22,597 nucleotides of DNA from assembly GCA_044222065.1 (NCBI GenBank), contig JBGAOA010000068.1, positions 1 to 22,597 on the forward strand, read 5' to 3'. The notes beneath the pieces were generated by a model, which saw nothing but the letters and a program-made list of their open reading frames with translations, was not told the DNA's origin and made no database searches. How positions within the stretch are numbered: position 1 is the first letter of the stretch; every line of letters begins with the position of its first letter. A program made the position numbers and the translations under genes. Positions 1 through 10,442 of this stretch are shown here, piece after piece. Source of the stretch: Candidatus Eiseniibacteriota bacterium. Its GTDB lineage: Bacteria; Eisenbacteria; RBG-16-71-46.

Positions 1-2
1 AT

Positions 3-200
3 CGGAGCGTCATCCCGTGGTTCCGGCATCTCGGCTGCACGCTCGAGAGGGCGCGGGCGCTGGCGGCGACGTGCGACGCGCTCGAAGGCGAGTCCGTCAA
101 AGTTCGGCTGAAGCACGCGCTGAGTTCGCTCGCGCCGGCGCGCCCGCAGCCGGCGTTCTCGGGAACGGAGTCCGTCCCGCAGCGCCTCAGCGCCCCGTGA
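3..200 (+). CDS. Partial CDS (3' end only); C-terminal helical tail resembling that of some HNH-endonuclease/DUF222-like proteins
   Basis: Own translation of frame +3, open from the window edge to TGA 198-200: RSVIPWFRHLGCTLERARALAATCDALEGESVKVRLKHALSSLAP...; convergent 14-bp overlap with the FRG gene. Family assignment is from recalled resemblance only. Confidence 0.4.
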   Translation, partial: RSVIPWFRHLGCTLERARALAATCDALEGESVKVRLKHALSSLAPARPQPAFSGTESVPQRLSAP

Positions 201-969
201 AATCCGCCTTCAGCTCGCGGCAGAGGCCGGACAGTTCCGGGAACACGAGCGACTCGTTGATCCCCGAGATCGAAAGCTCGCGCCGGATCTCGGACACGCA
301 CTCGCGCGGGATGCGAATGCGCGAAAGGCACGTCTTCGAACGCCCGCGCCGCGCGGCGAGCCGGTCGAGCGCGCCGCGCTCGGTGCCGTGGATCGTGAAC
401 GCGCCGCGTTGCGCCACGATGCGCGCGTTCGCGTGGACCGGGCGGATCGCGAGCGGCAGCCGGCCGCGGAGCGGCTTCGCGTCGGCGCGCGGGGCGAGTC
501 CGTTCGCAAGCGGATCGTCGGCGCGGAACAGATCGTATTTGCCGGTCGTCTGCTTGTTGAGCCACCACGGGCTCATCGCCCACACCGCCGCGTCGGTCGT
601 GCCGTCGTTGTCGCGCACGGCGAAGTAGAGCGCGATGAGCGAGCCGTCGGTCCAGTCGAGCAGTCGCGTCGTGAGCCCGTAGTGCTGCATCAGGAACAGC
701 CACTCCCAGTCGCTAGCCGGGATGCGCTCCAGGAACATTGGCGCGCGCAGCTTGAACTGCGAGAGCAGCTCGGACTCGGTGTAGTAGTCGCGATCGCTCG
801 CGCGCGTGCCGCGCGGCTGCCGGTAGGCGCCGGGCTCGAGCGCCCACGCGGCGTCGCCGTGGCCGCGGAACCACGGCTGCACGTACCAGTCCTCGCCCTT
901 CGGCGTCCATTCCGAAATCAGGCGGTCCACGGCCGCCACGTATTCGACGACGCTGTTCACTCGCATCAC
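187..969 (-). CDS. FRG domain-containing protein
   Basis: Motifs WFRGH, MQHYGLTTRLLDWT, ALYFAV, NARIVAQRGAFTIHG, LGINE-like SGINESLVFPEL; AGGAG 6 nt before the GTG. Confidence 0.92.
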   Translation of the reverse strand: MMRVNSVVEYVAAVDRLISEWTPKGEDWYVQPWFRGHGDAAWALEPGAYRQPRGTRASDRDYYTESELLSQFKLRAPMFLERIPASDWEWLFLMQHYGLTTRLLDWTDGSLIALYFAVRDNDGTTDAAVWAMSPWWLNKQTTGKYDLFRADDPLANGLAPRADAKPLRGRLPLAIRPVHANARIVAQRGAFTIHGTERGALDRLAARRGRSKTCLSRIRIPRECVSEIRRELSISGINESLVFPELSGLCRELKADFTGR

Positions 970-1000
970 GGCCGGCTCCTTCGCGGCGCTTCGCCGCGGT

Positions 1001-1282
1001 TCACAACTGCGGCGCCACGCGCTCGCGCGCCTCCTGCGACGTGATCACCGGGATCACCTCGAAGTCCACGAGGTCGCTCCAGTTCGCGATCCAGCGGTCG
1101 AGCAGCGCGCGGTCGTGCGTCTCCATGATCTGCCAGCAGCGGCCGAGCGGCTCGTCGATCCAGCTCGACACGTACTCGATGCCGTCGGGCATGAGGCGCC
1201 CCTGGTCGCGGAAGCGGCGGTACACGGGCAGCGCGTCGCCGTTCCTGAAGCGCTCGATCACGAGGTAGAGGCGTTTCGACAC
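1001..1282 (-). CDS. DUF3303-like small protein (93 aa)
   Basis: Real gene is the C-terminal part of track ORF 1001..4771: LYLVIERFRNGDALPVYRRFRDQGRLMPDGIEYVSSW...CWQIMET...WIANWSDLVDFEVIPV; GGAG 7 nt before GTG at 1282. Confidence 0.8.
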   Translation of the reverse strand: MSKRLYLVIERFRNGDALPVYRRFRDQGRLMPDGIEYVSSWIDEPLGRCWQIMETHDRALLDRWIANWSDLVDFEVIPVITSQEARERVAPQL

Positions 1283-1347
1283 GTCGGGTCTCCGGCGTTC
1301 GCGCGGCGCCGCGCCGCACGCTCGGCGCGCAGCATAGGCGCGCGGCG

Positions 1348-4872
<3,525 letters not shown>

Positions 4873-4899
4873 GCGCGGCGGGTCCCGGGCTCCAAGCAC

Positions 4900-4928
4900 G
4901 AAAAGCCGCCGTGGAGATTCCACGGCGG
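4900..4928 (-). terminator. Intrinsic terminator-like hairpin between the tlpA-like gene and mfd
   Basis: Perfect 10-bp stem CCGCCGTGGA/TCCACGGCGG (4906-4928, 3-nt loop), followed on the minus strand by CTTTTCGTGCTT. Confidence 0.65.
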
Positions 4929-4976
4929 GTGCGACCGAACGATTTCGGCCCCGCGCCGGTGGCGCGAGGCCGGTGG

Positions 4977-5004
4977 AAACTAGCAGAGCGACCCGCACGC
5001 GCAA
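4977..5004 (-). promoter_or_regulatory. Putative sigma70-type promoter upstream of mfd
   Basis: Minus strand TTGCGC-N16-TAGTTT with an extended -10 TG (TGC TAGTTT). Confidence 0.4.
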
Positions 5005-5008
5005 GCGC

Positions 5009-5734
5009 TCAGCGCAGCGCGCTCACCTTCTTCTCGGACAGCACCTGCGCGAGCACGCGCTCGAGTTCCTGCGCCTCGAGGTCGCAGCGGTGGTGCATCA
5101 CGTCGTCCGTGTGGTGGTACTCGCCGCCGCCGTGCACCCAGCGCACGATCCCATCGCGGTCGATCAGGAACGACACCGACGTCCAGCTGCGCTCGGGGTG
5201 GCCGTCGAGCCAGTAGCGGTTGAGCGTGGACCAGCGCCGGTCGAAGGCGACCGGCCCGGCGTACTTCATCTCTTTCGCGAGGTCGAGGATGTGCGCGTCC
5301 TTCACGTTGCCCGTGCCCTCGCGCGGACGGAACGCGCACACGACGGCGAAGTCGTCGCCCGCGTGCGCCGCGCGCAGCGATTCGAGGTAGGGGAGCGTGT
5401 GCGTGCAGTAGCGGCAGTCCTCGGTCCAGAAGCGCAGCAGCACGACCTTGCCGCGCAGCCCCGCCAGCGTGAGCGGCCCGCCGCGCACCCAGCGGTCGAA
5501 CGTCCAGGACGGCGCCGGCCTGCCGAGCATCGGCGCGCCCGAGTCGGGATCGTTCGCGGCGTCGAAGCCCGAAGGCGCGGGGCAGGCGGTCGCGCCCTTT
5601 TCCCCCGCGGCGACCGGGGAGGAGCACACGGGGGCCGAGCCGTCTCCGGCGCGGGCGGGAAGGGCGAGGGCGAGCGCCGAGGCGAGCGTGGTGACCGCGA
5701 GGGCGGTCCGGATGTCCATCGAGCGGTGATTCAT
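5009..5734 (-). CDS. Exported TlpA/redoxin-family thioredoxin-fold protein
   Basis: Signal peptide (TALAVTTLASALALALPARA), PAPSWT, LRGKVVLLRFWTEDCRYC (CxxC), FLIDRDGIVR. Start at ATG 5734 or 5719. Confidence 0.88.
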   Translation of the reverse strand: MNHRSMDIRTALAVTTLASALALALPARAGDGSAPVCSSPVAAGEKGATACPAPSGFDAANDPDSGAPMLGRPAPSWTFDRWVRGGPLTLAGLRGKVVLLRFWTEDCRYCTHTLPYLESLRAAHAGDDFAVVCAFRPREGTGNVKDAHILDLAKEMKYAGPVAFDRRWSTLNRYWLDGHPERSWTSVSFLIDRDGIVRWVHGGGEYHHTDDVMHHRCDLEAQELERVLAQVLSEKKVSALR

Positions 5735-5839
5735 GGCGGCGGAGCATAGCCGATAGTCCACGCCTGTTGTATAAGTCCCCCCCTCGGTCACCTCGATGGG
5801 GGCTCGAATCCCCAGACCCCTTCCTCAGGAGGTTCATTC

Positions 5840-6658
5840 ATGAAGCAGACGTTCGCCGCCCTCGCGGCCGTCCTCGCGCTCGCCGCGCTCGTCGCGCCGA
5901 ACGCGGCGCACGCGCTCTCGGGCCCGGCCGTGGATCCGAAGGCGCCGTGCTTCCGCTGGCCGGCCGTGGACTACGACGGCGATGGCGTGTACGACCGCGT
6001 GGACAACTGCGTGGACACGCCCAAGGGCTGCGCGGTCGACAAGTTCGGCTGCGAGTACGACACCGACGGCGACGGCGTGTGCGACGGCATCGATCAGTGC
6101 CTCAACACGCCGAAGGGCGCCAAGGTGAACGCGACCGGCTGCAGCGAGTCGCAGCTCGGCCAGAAGAGCACGCCGCCGCCGCCCCCGCCGCCGGCGAAGC
6201 CGGTCGAGACGCCGAAGCCGGCGCCGGTCGAGACGCCGAAGCCCGTGAGCGAAGTCGAGCGCAAGCTCGTCGAGACCGGCCGCATCCGTCTCGAGAACAT
6301 CTACTTCGAGACGAACAGCGCGAAGCTGCTGCCGGAGTCCGAGGCGACGCTCAACGAGGTTGGCCAGACGCTCGAGAAGTTCGGCGAGCTGAAGATCGAG
6401 ATCCAGGGCCACACCGACACGCGCGGCGCCGCGGCGTACAACCAGCGCCTGAGCCAGTCGCGTGCGGAATCCGTGCGCGCGTACCTGCTCGAACACTTCC
6501 AGCTCAAGCCGGACAACTACGTCGCGAAGGGCTACGGCGAGTCGAAGCCGGAGACGCAGGAACGCAACGACGAGGAACTGCTGCGCAACCGCCGCGTCGA
6601 GCTGCAGGTGCTCAACCCGGACGCGCTGCCGCACGGCATCCAGGTCGAGAAGAAGTAG
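5840..6658 (+). CDS. OmpA-family peptidoglycan-binding protein with thrombospondin type-3-like Ca-binding repeats
   Basis: AGGAGG RBS; signal peptide ending AHA; two DxDGDGVxDxxDxC repeats; Pro-rich linker; OmpA_C motifs IYFETNSA, IQGHTD, YNQRLSQSRA, GYGESKP, NRRVE. Confidence 0.95.
   Translation: MKQTFAALAAVLALAALVAPNAAHALSGPAVDPKAPCFRWPAVDYDGDGVYDRVDNCVDTPKGCAVDKFGCEYDTDGDGVCDGIDQCLNTPKGAKVNATGCSESQLGQKSTPPPPPPPAKPVETPKPAPVETPKPVSEVERKLVETGRIRLENIYFETNSAKLLPESEATLNEVGQTLEKFGELKIEIQGHTDTRGAAAYNQRLSQSRAESVRAYLLEHFQLKPDNYVAKGYGESKPETQERNDEELLRNRRVELQVLNPDALPHGIQVEKK
6199..6243 (+). repeat. 24-bp-period coding tandem repeat (PVETPKP x2) in the OmpA linker
   Basis: GCCGGTCGAGACGCCGAAGCC at 6199-6219 and 6223-6243. 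Confidence 0.85.
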
Positions 6659-6684
6659 CGCACGCGCGGCTCGCCGCGCATGAA

Positions 6685-6721
6685 GAAGGCCCCGGATCCA
6701 CGATCCGGGGCCTTCGTGCTT
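6685..6721 (+). terminator. Intrinsic terminator after the OmpA-family gene
   Basis: Perfect 14-bp stem GAAGGCCCCGGATC-cac-GATCCGGGGCCTTC (6685-6715), followed by GTGCTT; 26 nt after the stop codon. Confidence 0.8.
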
Positions 6722-6840
6722 CGTAGCGCCGCCCCGACCCTCCCGGGTCGCGTCCACGTTTGCCCTTGCCTGACGTCCGTGAACGACGACGCCGGGCGAC
6801 CGAGGCGGCTTCAGAGTCCGTCGCGGGAGTACCAGAGCCC

Positions 6841-6967
6841 CCGGGCCCCGTTTGAAGAGCCGACGGCCGCGTTGGCTCGGGCGCTCGTCACTGCGGAGCA
6901 TCCTGCGGATGCACCTCGCTCCTCGCTCCCTCGCCGCCTTGCATTCGGTTCTTCAAACGAGGCCCGG
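6841..6967. repeat. 127-bp imperfect palindromic (REP/MITE-like) element
   Basis: Terminal arms CCGGGCCCCGTTTGAAGAGCCGA (6841-6863) and TCGGTTCTTCAAACGAGGCCCGG (6945-6967) are 21/23 complementary; central hairpin GCATCC-tgc-GGATGC (6898-6912). Confidence 0.7.
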
Positions 6968-7082
6968 TCCCGTTGCGGCGGACTCGAGCTTCTGGACCAC
7001 GAAGCGCTCTCCATGGTCACAGACAATCGCGCGCGTCGTCGTCGTGACTCGATCCGCAGTCGCGCGACCGCGTCGGCGCGCG

Positions 7083-7937
7083 CTACTCCTTCTCGATCGC
7101 CTCGATCGCGCTCAGCGCATCGATCCGTTTCTGAAACACGTCCTTGTCGCGCTCGGCGGCGTCGGACGTGCGATCGGCGCGCGCCTTCATCGCGGCGAGC
7201 GTCTGGCGCTCGAGCTCGCGCACCTGCTTGCGCAACCGGAGCGCGCGCGCGGCGACGTCCGCGCTCGAGGCGCCGCCCGTCGCCTCGAACGCCGCGCGCG
7301 CCTCGGCGAGCTTGAGCTCGAGTTCGCCCGCGCGCGCCGTCGCCTCGCCCGCCGACTTCACGGCATTGAGCCGCGCGATCTCGGCGGTCTCGACGTCGGC
7401 GAGGCGGCCGAGCAGCTTGAGCTCGAGTTCGGCGGCGTCCGAGAGGCGCTGCTGCTCGCCGCGCGTCACCTCGTCCTTCGCCTTCTTCGCCGCCGCCACC
7501 TTCGCGCGCAGCGCCTCGAGCTCGCGCTTCTTCACCTGCACGCGGCCCTTCGCCGCGGTCTCGCGGATGCGCGCCTCGCGCACCGCGCCCTCGGCGGCGC
7601 TCGCCGAGGCGCGCGCGCCGTCCATCTCGCGCTGCACGTCGCCTGCGGCGCGCGGCACAATCACGCGCCGCAGCGCGTCCTCGACGAGATCGGGCGAGAA
7701 CGCCGGAGCGGGCGCCGCGGGCGGCGCGGCCGGGGCCGGCGTCGAGACCGTGATCGGCGCCGGAGCGGACGCGGCGGCGCTGTCGGCCGGCGCCGGCGTG
7801 TCGGTCGCGCCCTGCGCGAACGAGCGCGGGGCGACGAACAGCATTCCGAGCGCGAGGGCGGCGAGCAGCAGGCCGAGCGCGAGCGCGATGCGGCGCGCCC
7901 GCCGGGCGAGCGGGGAGGCGTTCGAGTTCTGCGTCAC
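7083..7937 (-). CDS. Hypothetical exported or membrane-anchored coiled-coil protein
   Basis: GGAGG RBS, GTG start; basic N-terminus plus hydrophobic segment ending SFA; Pro/Ala linker; ~190 aa of A/E/K/R/L-rich helical sequence. Confidence 0.75.
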   Translation of the reverse strand: MTQNSNASPLARRARRIALALGLLLAALALGMLFVAPRSFAQGATDTPAPADSAAASAPAPITVSTPAPAAPPAAPAPAFSPDLVEDALRRVIVPRAAGDVQREMDGARASASAAEGAVREARIRETAAKGRVQVKKRELEALRAKVAAAKKAKDEVTRGEQQRLSDAAELELKLLGRLADVETAEIARLNAVKSAGEATARAGELELKLAEARAAFEATGGASSADVAARALRLRKQVRELERQTLAAMKARADRTSDAAERDKDVFQKRIDALSAIEAIEKE

Positions 7938-7968
7938 GGCGATGAACCTCCGAAAGGGCGCCGGCCGC

Positions 7969-8808
7969 TCAGGCGGCGGGCGCGTCGAGTCGGCGAACGA
8001 CGGAGTCGAGGAACGCGCTGTTCGGAACCGCGAACGTGCTGCCGCCGGACTCGAGCAGCGTCTGCGTGGCGCTGATCGCGCGCACGCGACCGCGCGTGCC
8101 GGCCATCTCGACGTCCTGGCCGACGGCGAAGTGGCGGCGCGCGTAGAAGCCGGCGACGAGGTTGCGCGTCGTGTCGCGCGTGCCGAGCCCGAACGTGAGC
8201 CCGAACGCGAGTGCGGCGCCCGAGAACACGACGATCGTGAGGATGTTCAGGATGCGCGTGTCCACCTGCAGCTGGCCGAGCGCGATGATCACCGCCACGA
8301 ACACCGTGAAGCCCGAGAGCGCGCTGCCGAGCGAGCGCGCGAACGCGAGCCCCGAGTCGCGCGCGTAGGCGACGACGGCGCGCGCGAGGAACTGCCCGAG
8401 CGCGTTCCCGAGCAGCAGGATGAGCGCGGCCGAGAGCAGGTTCGGGAGGAACGCGAAGAACGCCGTGATGCCGTTCGCGATCTGGGCCAGCCCGACCATG
8501 CCGGCGGCCGACTGCACGAAGACGAGCATGACGAGCCAGAACAGGAGCCGCGGCACGAAGTCGCGCGAGAAATCGTGGATGCCGACGCGCTGGAGCCCGT
8601 CGAGCAGCCCCGACTTCTCGAGCGCCGTGTCGAGCCGCGCGCGGTACAGCACCTGGCCGACGACGACCGCGAGCAGCTTCGCGATCACGAGCGCGATCAG
8701 CACGAGCACGATTGCCGTGACGAGCCGCGGCGCGTAGTGCACGGCGCTCTGCGCGAGGTCGCGCAGCACCTGCATCACCGCGCCCTGAATCGTGAAGTTC
8801 GAGTCCAT
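7969..8808 (-). CDS. Small-conductance mechanosensitive channel family protein (CmpX-like, conserved TM-helix repeats)
   Basis: Two TM_helix-type repeats (HYAPRLVTAIVLVLI, AFLPNLLSAALILLLG); ALGQLQVDT; pore-helix-like ALAFGLTFGLG; NLVAGFY; beta domain FAVGQDVE...GRVRAI...VPNS. AAGGAG RBS before ATG 8808. Confidence 0.9.
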   Translation of the reverse strand: MDSNFTIQGAVMQVLRDLAQSAVHYAPRLVTAIVLVLIALVIAKLLAVVVGQVLYRARLDTALEKSGLLDGLQRVGIHDFSRDFVPRLLFWLVMLVFVQSAAGMVGLAQIANGITAFFAFLPNLLSAALILLLGNALGQFLARAVVAYARDSGLAFARSLGSALSGFTVFVAVIIALGQLQVDTRILNILTIVVFSGAALAFGLTFGLGTRDTTRNLVAGFYARRHFAVGQDVEMAGTRGRVRAISATQTLLESGGSTFAVPNSAFLDSVVRRLDAPAA

Positions 8809-8810
8809 GC

Positions 8811-9050
8811 TCAGCTCCTTCCGTCCTCGTCCTTGACCCCGAGCGCGCGGAACAACGACTGGAGCAGTTCCGCGACGAACCCGGTGAGACCCCACCACGA
8901 GAATTCGAGCGCCTGCGCCGTCGCCTGCCGGCGCTGGATGCCGTCGAGCACGTTCGAGAGGAAGCGGTCCGAGGGCGCCTCCGCGAGGTCCGCGAGTTCC
9001 GCAACCGGCTCGCCGGCTTCGGCGTCGCGCGCGCCGTCGTCGGTCGTCAT
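8811..9050 (-). CDS. 79-aa hypothetical protein, putative anti-sigma factor
   Basis: GGAGG RBS, ATG 9050, 10 nt after the sigma stop; LAEAPSDRFLSNVLDGI resembles the P..F...V helix of anti-sigma domains; amphipathic C-terminal segment FSWWGLTGFVAELLQSLF. Confidence 0.7.
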   Translation of the reverse strand: MTTDDGARDAEAGEPVAELADLAEAPSDRFLSNVLDGIQRRQATAQALEFSWWGLTGFVAELLQSLFRALGVKDEDGRS

Positions 9051-9060
9051 CGCGCCTCCC

Positions 9061-9645
9061 TCAACGCGCCACGGGCTCCGCTCCGCGGTCGAGACGCGCG
9101 TAGCGCCGGCGGAAGTCCTCCCGCGCGCGCGCGATGCGCATCTTCGTCGCCGACAGCCCGAGCCCGAGCGTCTCCTGGATCTCGCGGTACGAGAGCCCGT
9201 CCACGTCGCACAGGATGAGCGGCACGCGCAGCGAGTCCGGCATCGCATCGAGCACCGCGCGGATGCGGCGTCGCTCCTCGTCCGCCTCGACCGTTGCCTC
9301 GGCCTCGGGCGCGACGCGCAGCGCTTCGTCCGTCTCGAGCGCCGGATCGCCGACGTCCACTTCGGTGCGGCGGCGGCGCGATTTCAGGTAGTTCAGACAA
9401 TGATTGACCTTGATGCGCTGGACCCAGGTGCGGAACGACGAGCGTTCCTCGAACGTCGCGAGCCGGAAGAATGCCTTCACGAACACGTCCTGCGCGAGGT
9501 CTTCCGCGTCGTCGGGCGAGCGCGTGAGGTAGCGGCAGTTCGCGACGACGGACGCCTGGTGCCGACGCACCAGCTCCTCGAACGCAGCCGTATCGCCTTC
9601 CGATGCCAGCTTCGCCGCGCGCACCAGCTCTTCGTCGGGCTTCAT
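9061..9645 (-). CDS. ECF-type RNA polymerase sigma-70 factor
   Basis: GDTAAFEELV; region 2 DAEDLAQDVF and SFRTW; region 4 GLSYREIQETLG...TKMRIARAR; 194 aa with no region 3; GGAGG RBS. Confidence 0.96.
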   Translation of the reverse strand: MKPDEELVRAAKLASEGDTAAFEELVRRHQASVVANCRYLTRSPDDAEDLAQDVFVKAFFRLATFEERSSFRTWVQRIKVNHCLNYLKSRRRRTEVDVGDPALETDEALRVAPEAEATVEADEERRRIRAVLDAMPDSLRVPLILCDVDGLSYREIQETLGLGLSATKMRIARAREDFRRRYARLDRGAEPVAR

Positions 9646-9659
9646 GCGCCCACCTCCGT

Positions 9660-9686
9660 CCGACCATCGCGCCGGGCAAAAGTCAC
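9660..9686 (-). promoter_or_regulatory. Putative ECF promoter for the sigma operon (autoregulatory)
   Basis: Minus strand GTGACTTTT-GCCCGGCGCGATG-GTCGG immediately before GGAGG and the ATG; twin of the motif at 9805. Confidence 0.65.
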
Positions 9687-9804
9687 GCGACTTCGGGCCG
9701 CGAACGCGGACGCACGACGGGCGCCGTTCGAGTTGGGCCGGAGCGCGAGGGGCAAGGGCACGGGGAACCTAGCCGGAATTTCTTGGACGAGGAAGGACGA
9801 TTGT

Positions 9805-9831
9805 GTGACTTTTCGCCTCCGCCCTTGTCTG
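9805..9831 (+). promoter_or_regulatory. Putative ECF promoter for mscL
   Basis: GTGACTTTT-CGCCTCCGCCCTT-GTCTG, same boxes and same 13-nt spacer as the motif at 9660-9686. Confidence 0.65.
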
Positions 9832-9947
9832 TGCCCCCGGAGCGGGCGGTTCGGGACCCCGTCGACGCGCTGCATCTCGCCAACACGACCTGACCCCGGC
9901 GGACTCGACCGCTCGTCTCCATCCCGCTCGCATCGGAGACCCCGCAC

Positions 9948-10349
9948 ATGCTCGAAGACTTCAAGAAGTTCCTGCTGCAGACGAACGCGCTCGCCCTCGC
10001 GGTCGGCGTCATCATCGGCGGAGCGGTCGGCAAGGTCGTCGGCTCGCTCGTGAGCGACGTCCTCATGCCGCTGATCAGCACGGCGCTTCCGGGCGGCGGC
10101 TGGCGCGAGGCGAAGTTCGTGCTGGCGACGAACGACAAGGGCGACGTCACGAACGCCGTGACCTACGGCGCGTTCTTCGGCGCCATCGTGGACTTCGTCA
10201 TCATCGCGGCCGTCGTGTTCATGATCACGAAGGCGCTCTTGAAGCCCGCGCCCGCCGCGCCGGCGCCGCCGACCAAGGTGTGCAACGCCTGCAAGGAGAC
10301 GATCCCGGCGGACGCGACGAAGTGCCGCGCCTGCACGTCGGCCGTCTGA
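9948..10349 (+). CDS. mscL: Large-conductance mechanosensitive channel with C-terminal CxxC...CxxC tail
   Basis: MLEDFKKFLLQTNALALAVGVIIGGAVGKVVGSLVSDVLMPLI; YGAFFGAIVDFVIIA; GGAG RBS. Confidence 0.96.
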   Translation: MLEDFKKFLLQTNALALAVGVIIGGAVGKVVGSLVSDVLMPLISTALPGGGWREAKFVLATNDKGDVTNAVTYGAFFGAIVDFVIIAAVVFMITKALLKPAPAAPAPPTKVCNACKETIPADATKCRACTSAV

Positions 10350-10442
10350 CCGGCGGCGCGTTTCCAGCCCGTTGACGTTCGCGCCGCGAGGCGGCGGCGC
10401 CCGGAGAGGTTCGCTCCGGCGCGCGCACCTCGCGGCGTTTTC

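Noticed and set aside
6745..6775. Minus-strand GGGCAAAC...GGACGC resembling a c-di-GMP-I riboswitch, and GTCAGG resembling SRP RNA
   Set aside because: No P2 stem with GNRA loop between GGCAAAC and GACGC, no GCAAAGC continuation, no downstream gene on that strand, and no SRP GGAAG/AGCAG motif.
6750..6790. HDV-like ribozyme L3-like loops (TCCACGT, TTCACG)
   Set aside because: No matching P1, P1.1 or P2 strands could be found.
5691..7021. Additional GTGAC...GTC matches (5691 plus strand; ~7020 minus strand)
   Set aside because: Spacer is 18 rather than 17 nt, with no T-tract and no GTCnG; treated as chance.
6811..7026. 71-aa minus-strand ORF
   Set aside because: Runs through the palindromic element, has no RBS and no protein-like composition.
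9764..9800. GGAACC / GGAATT as sigmaE-like -35 boxes
   Set aside because: No suitable -10 at 16-17 nt; the GTGACTTTT motif explains the region better.
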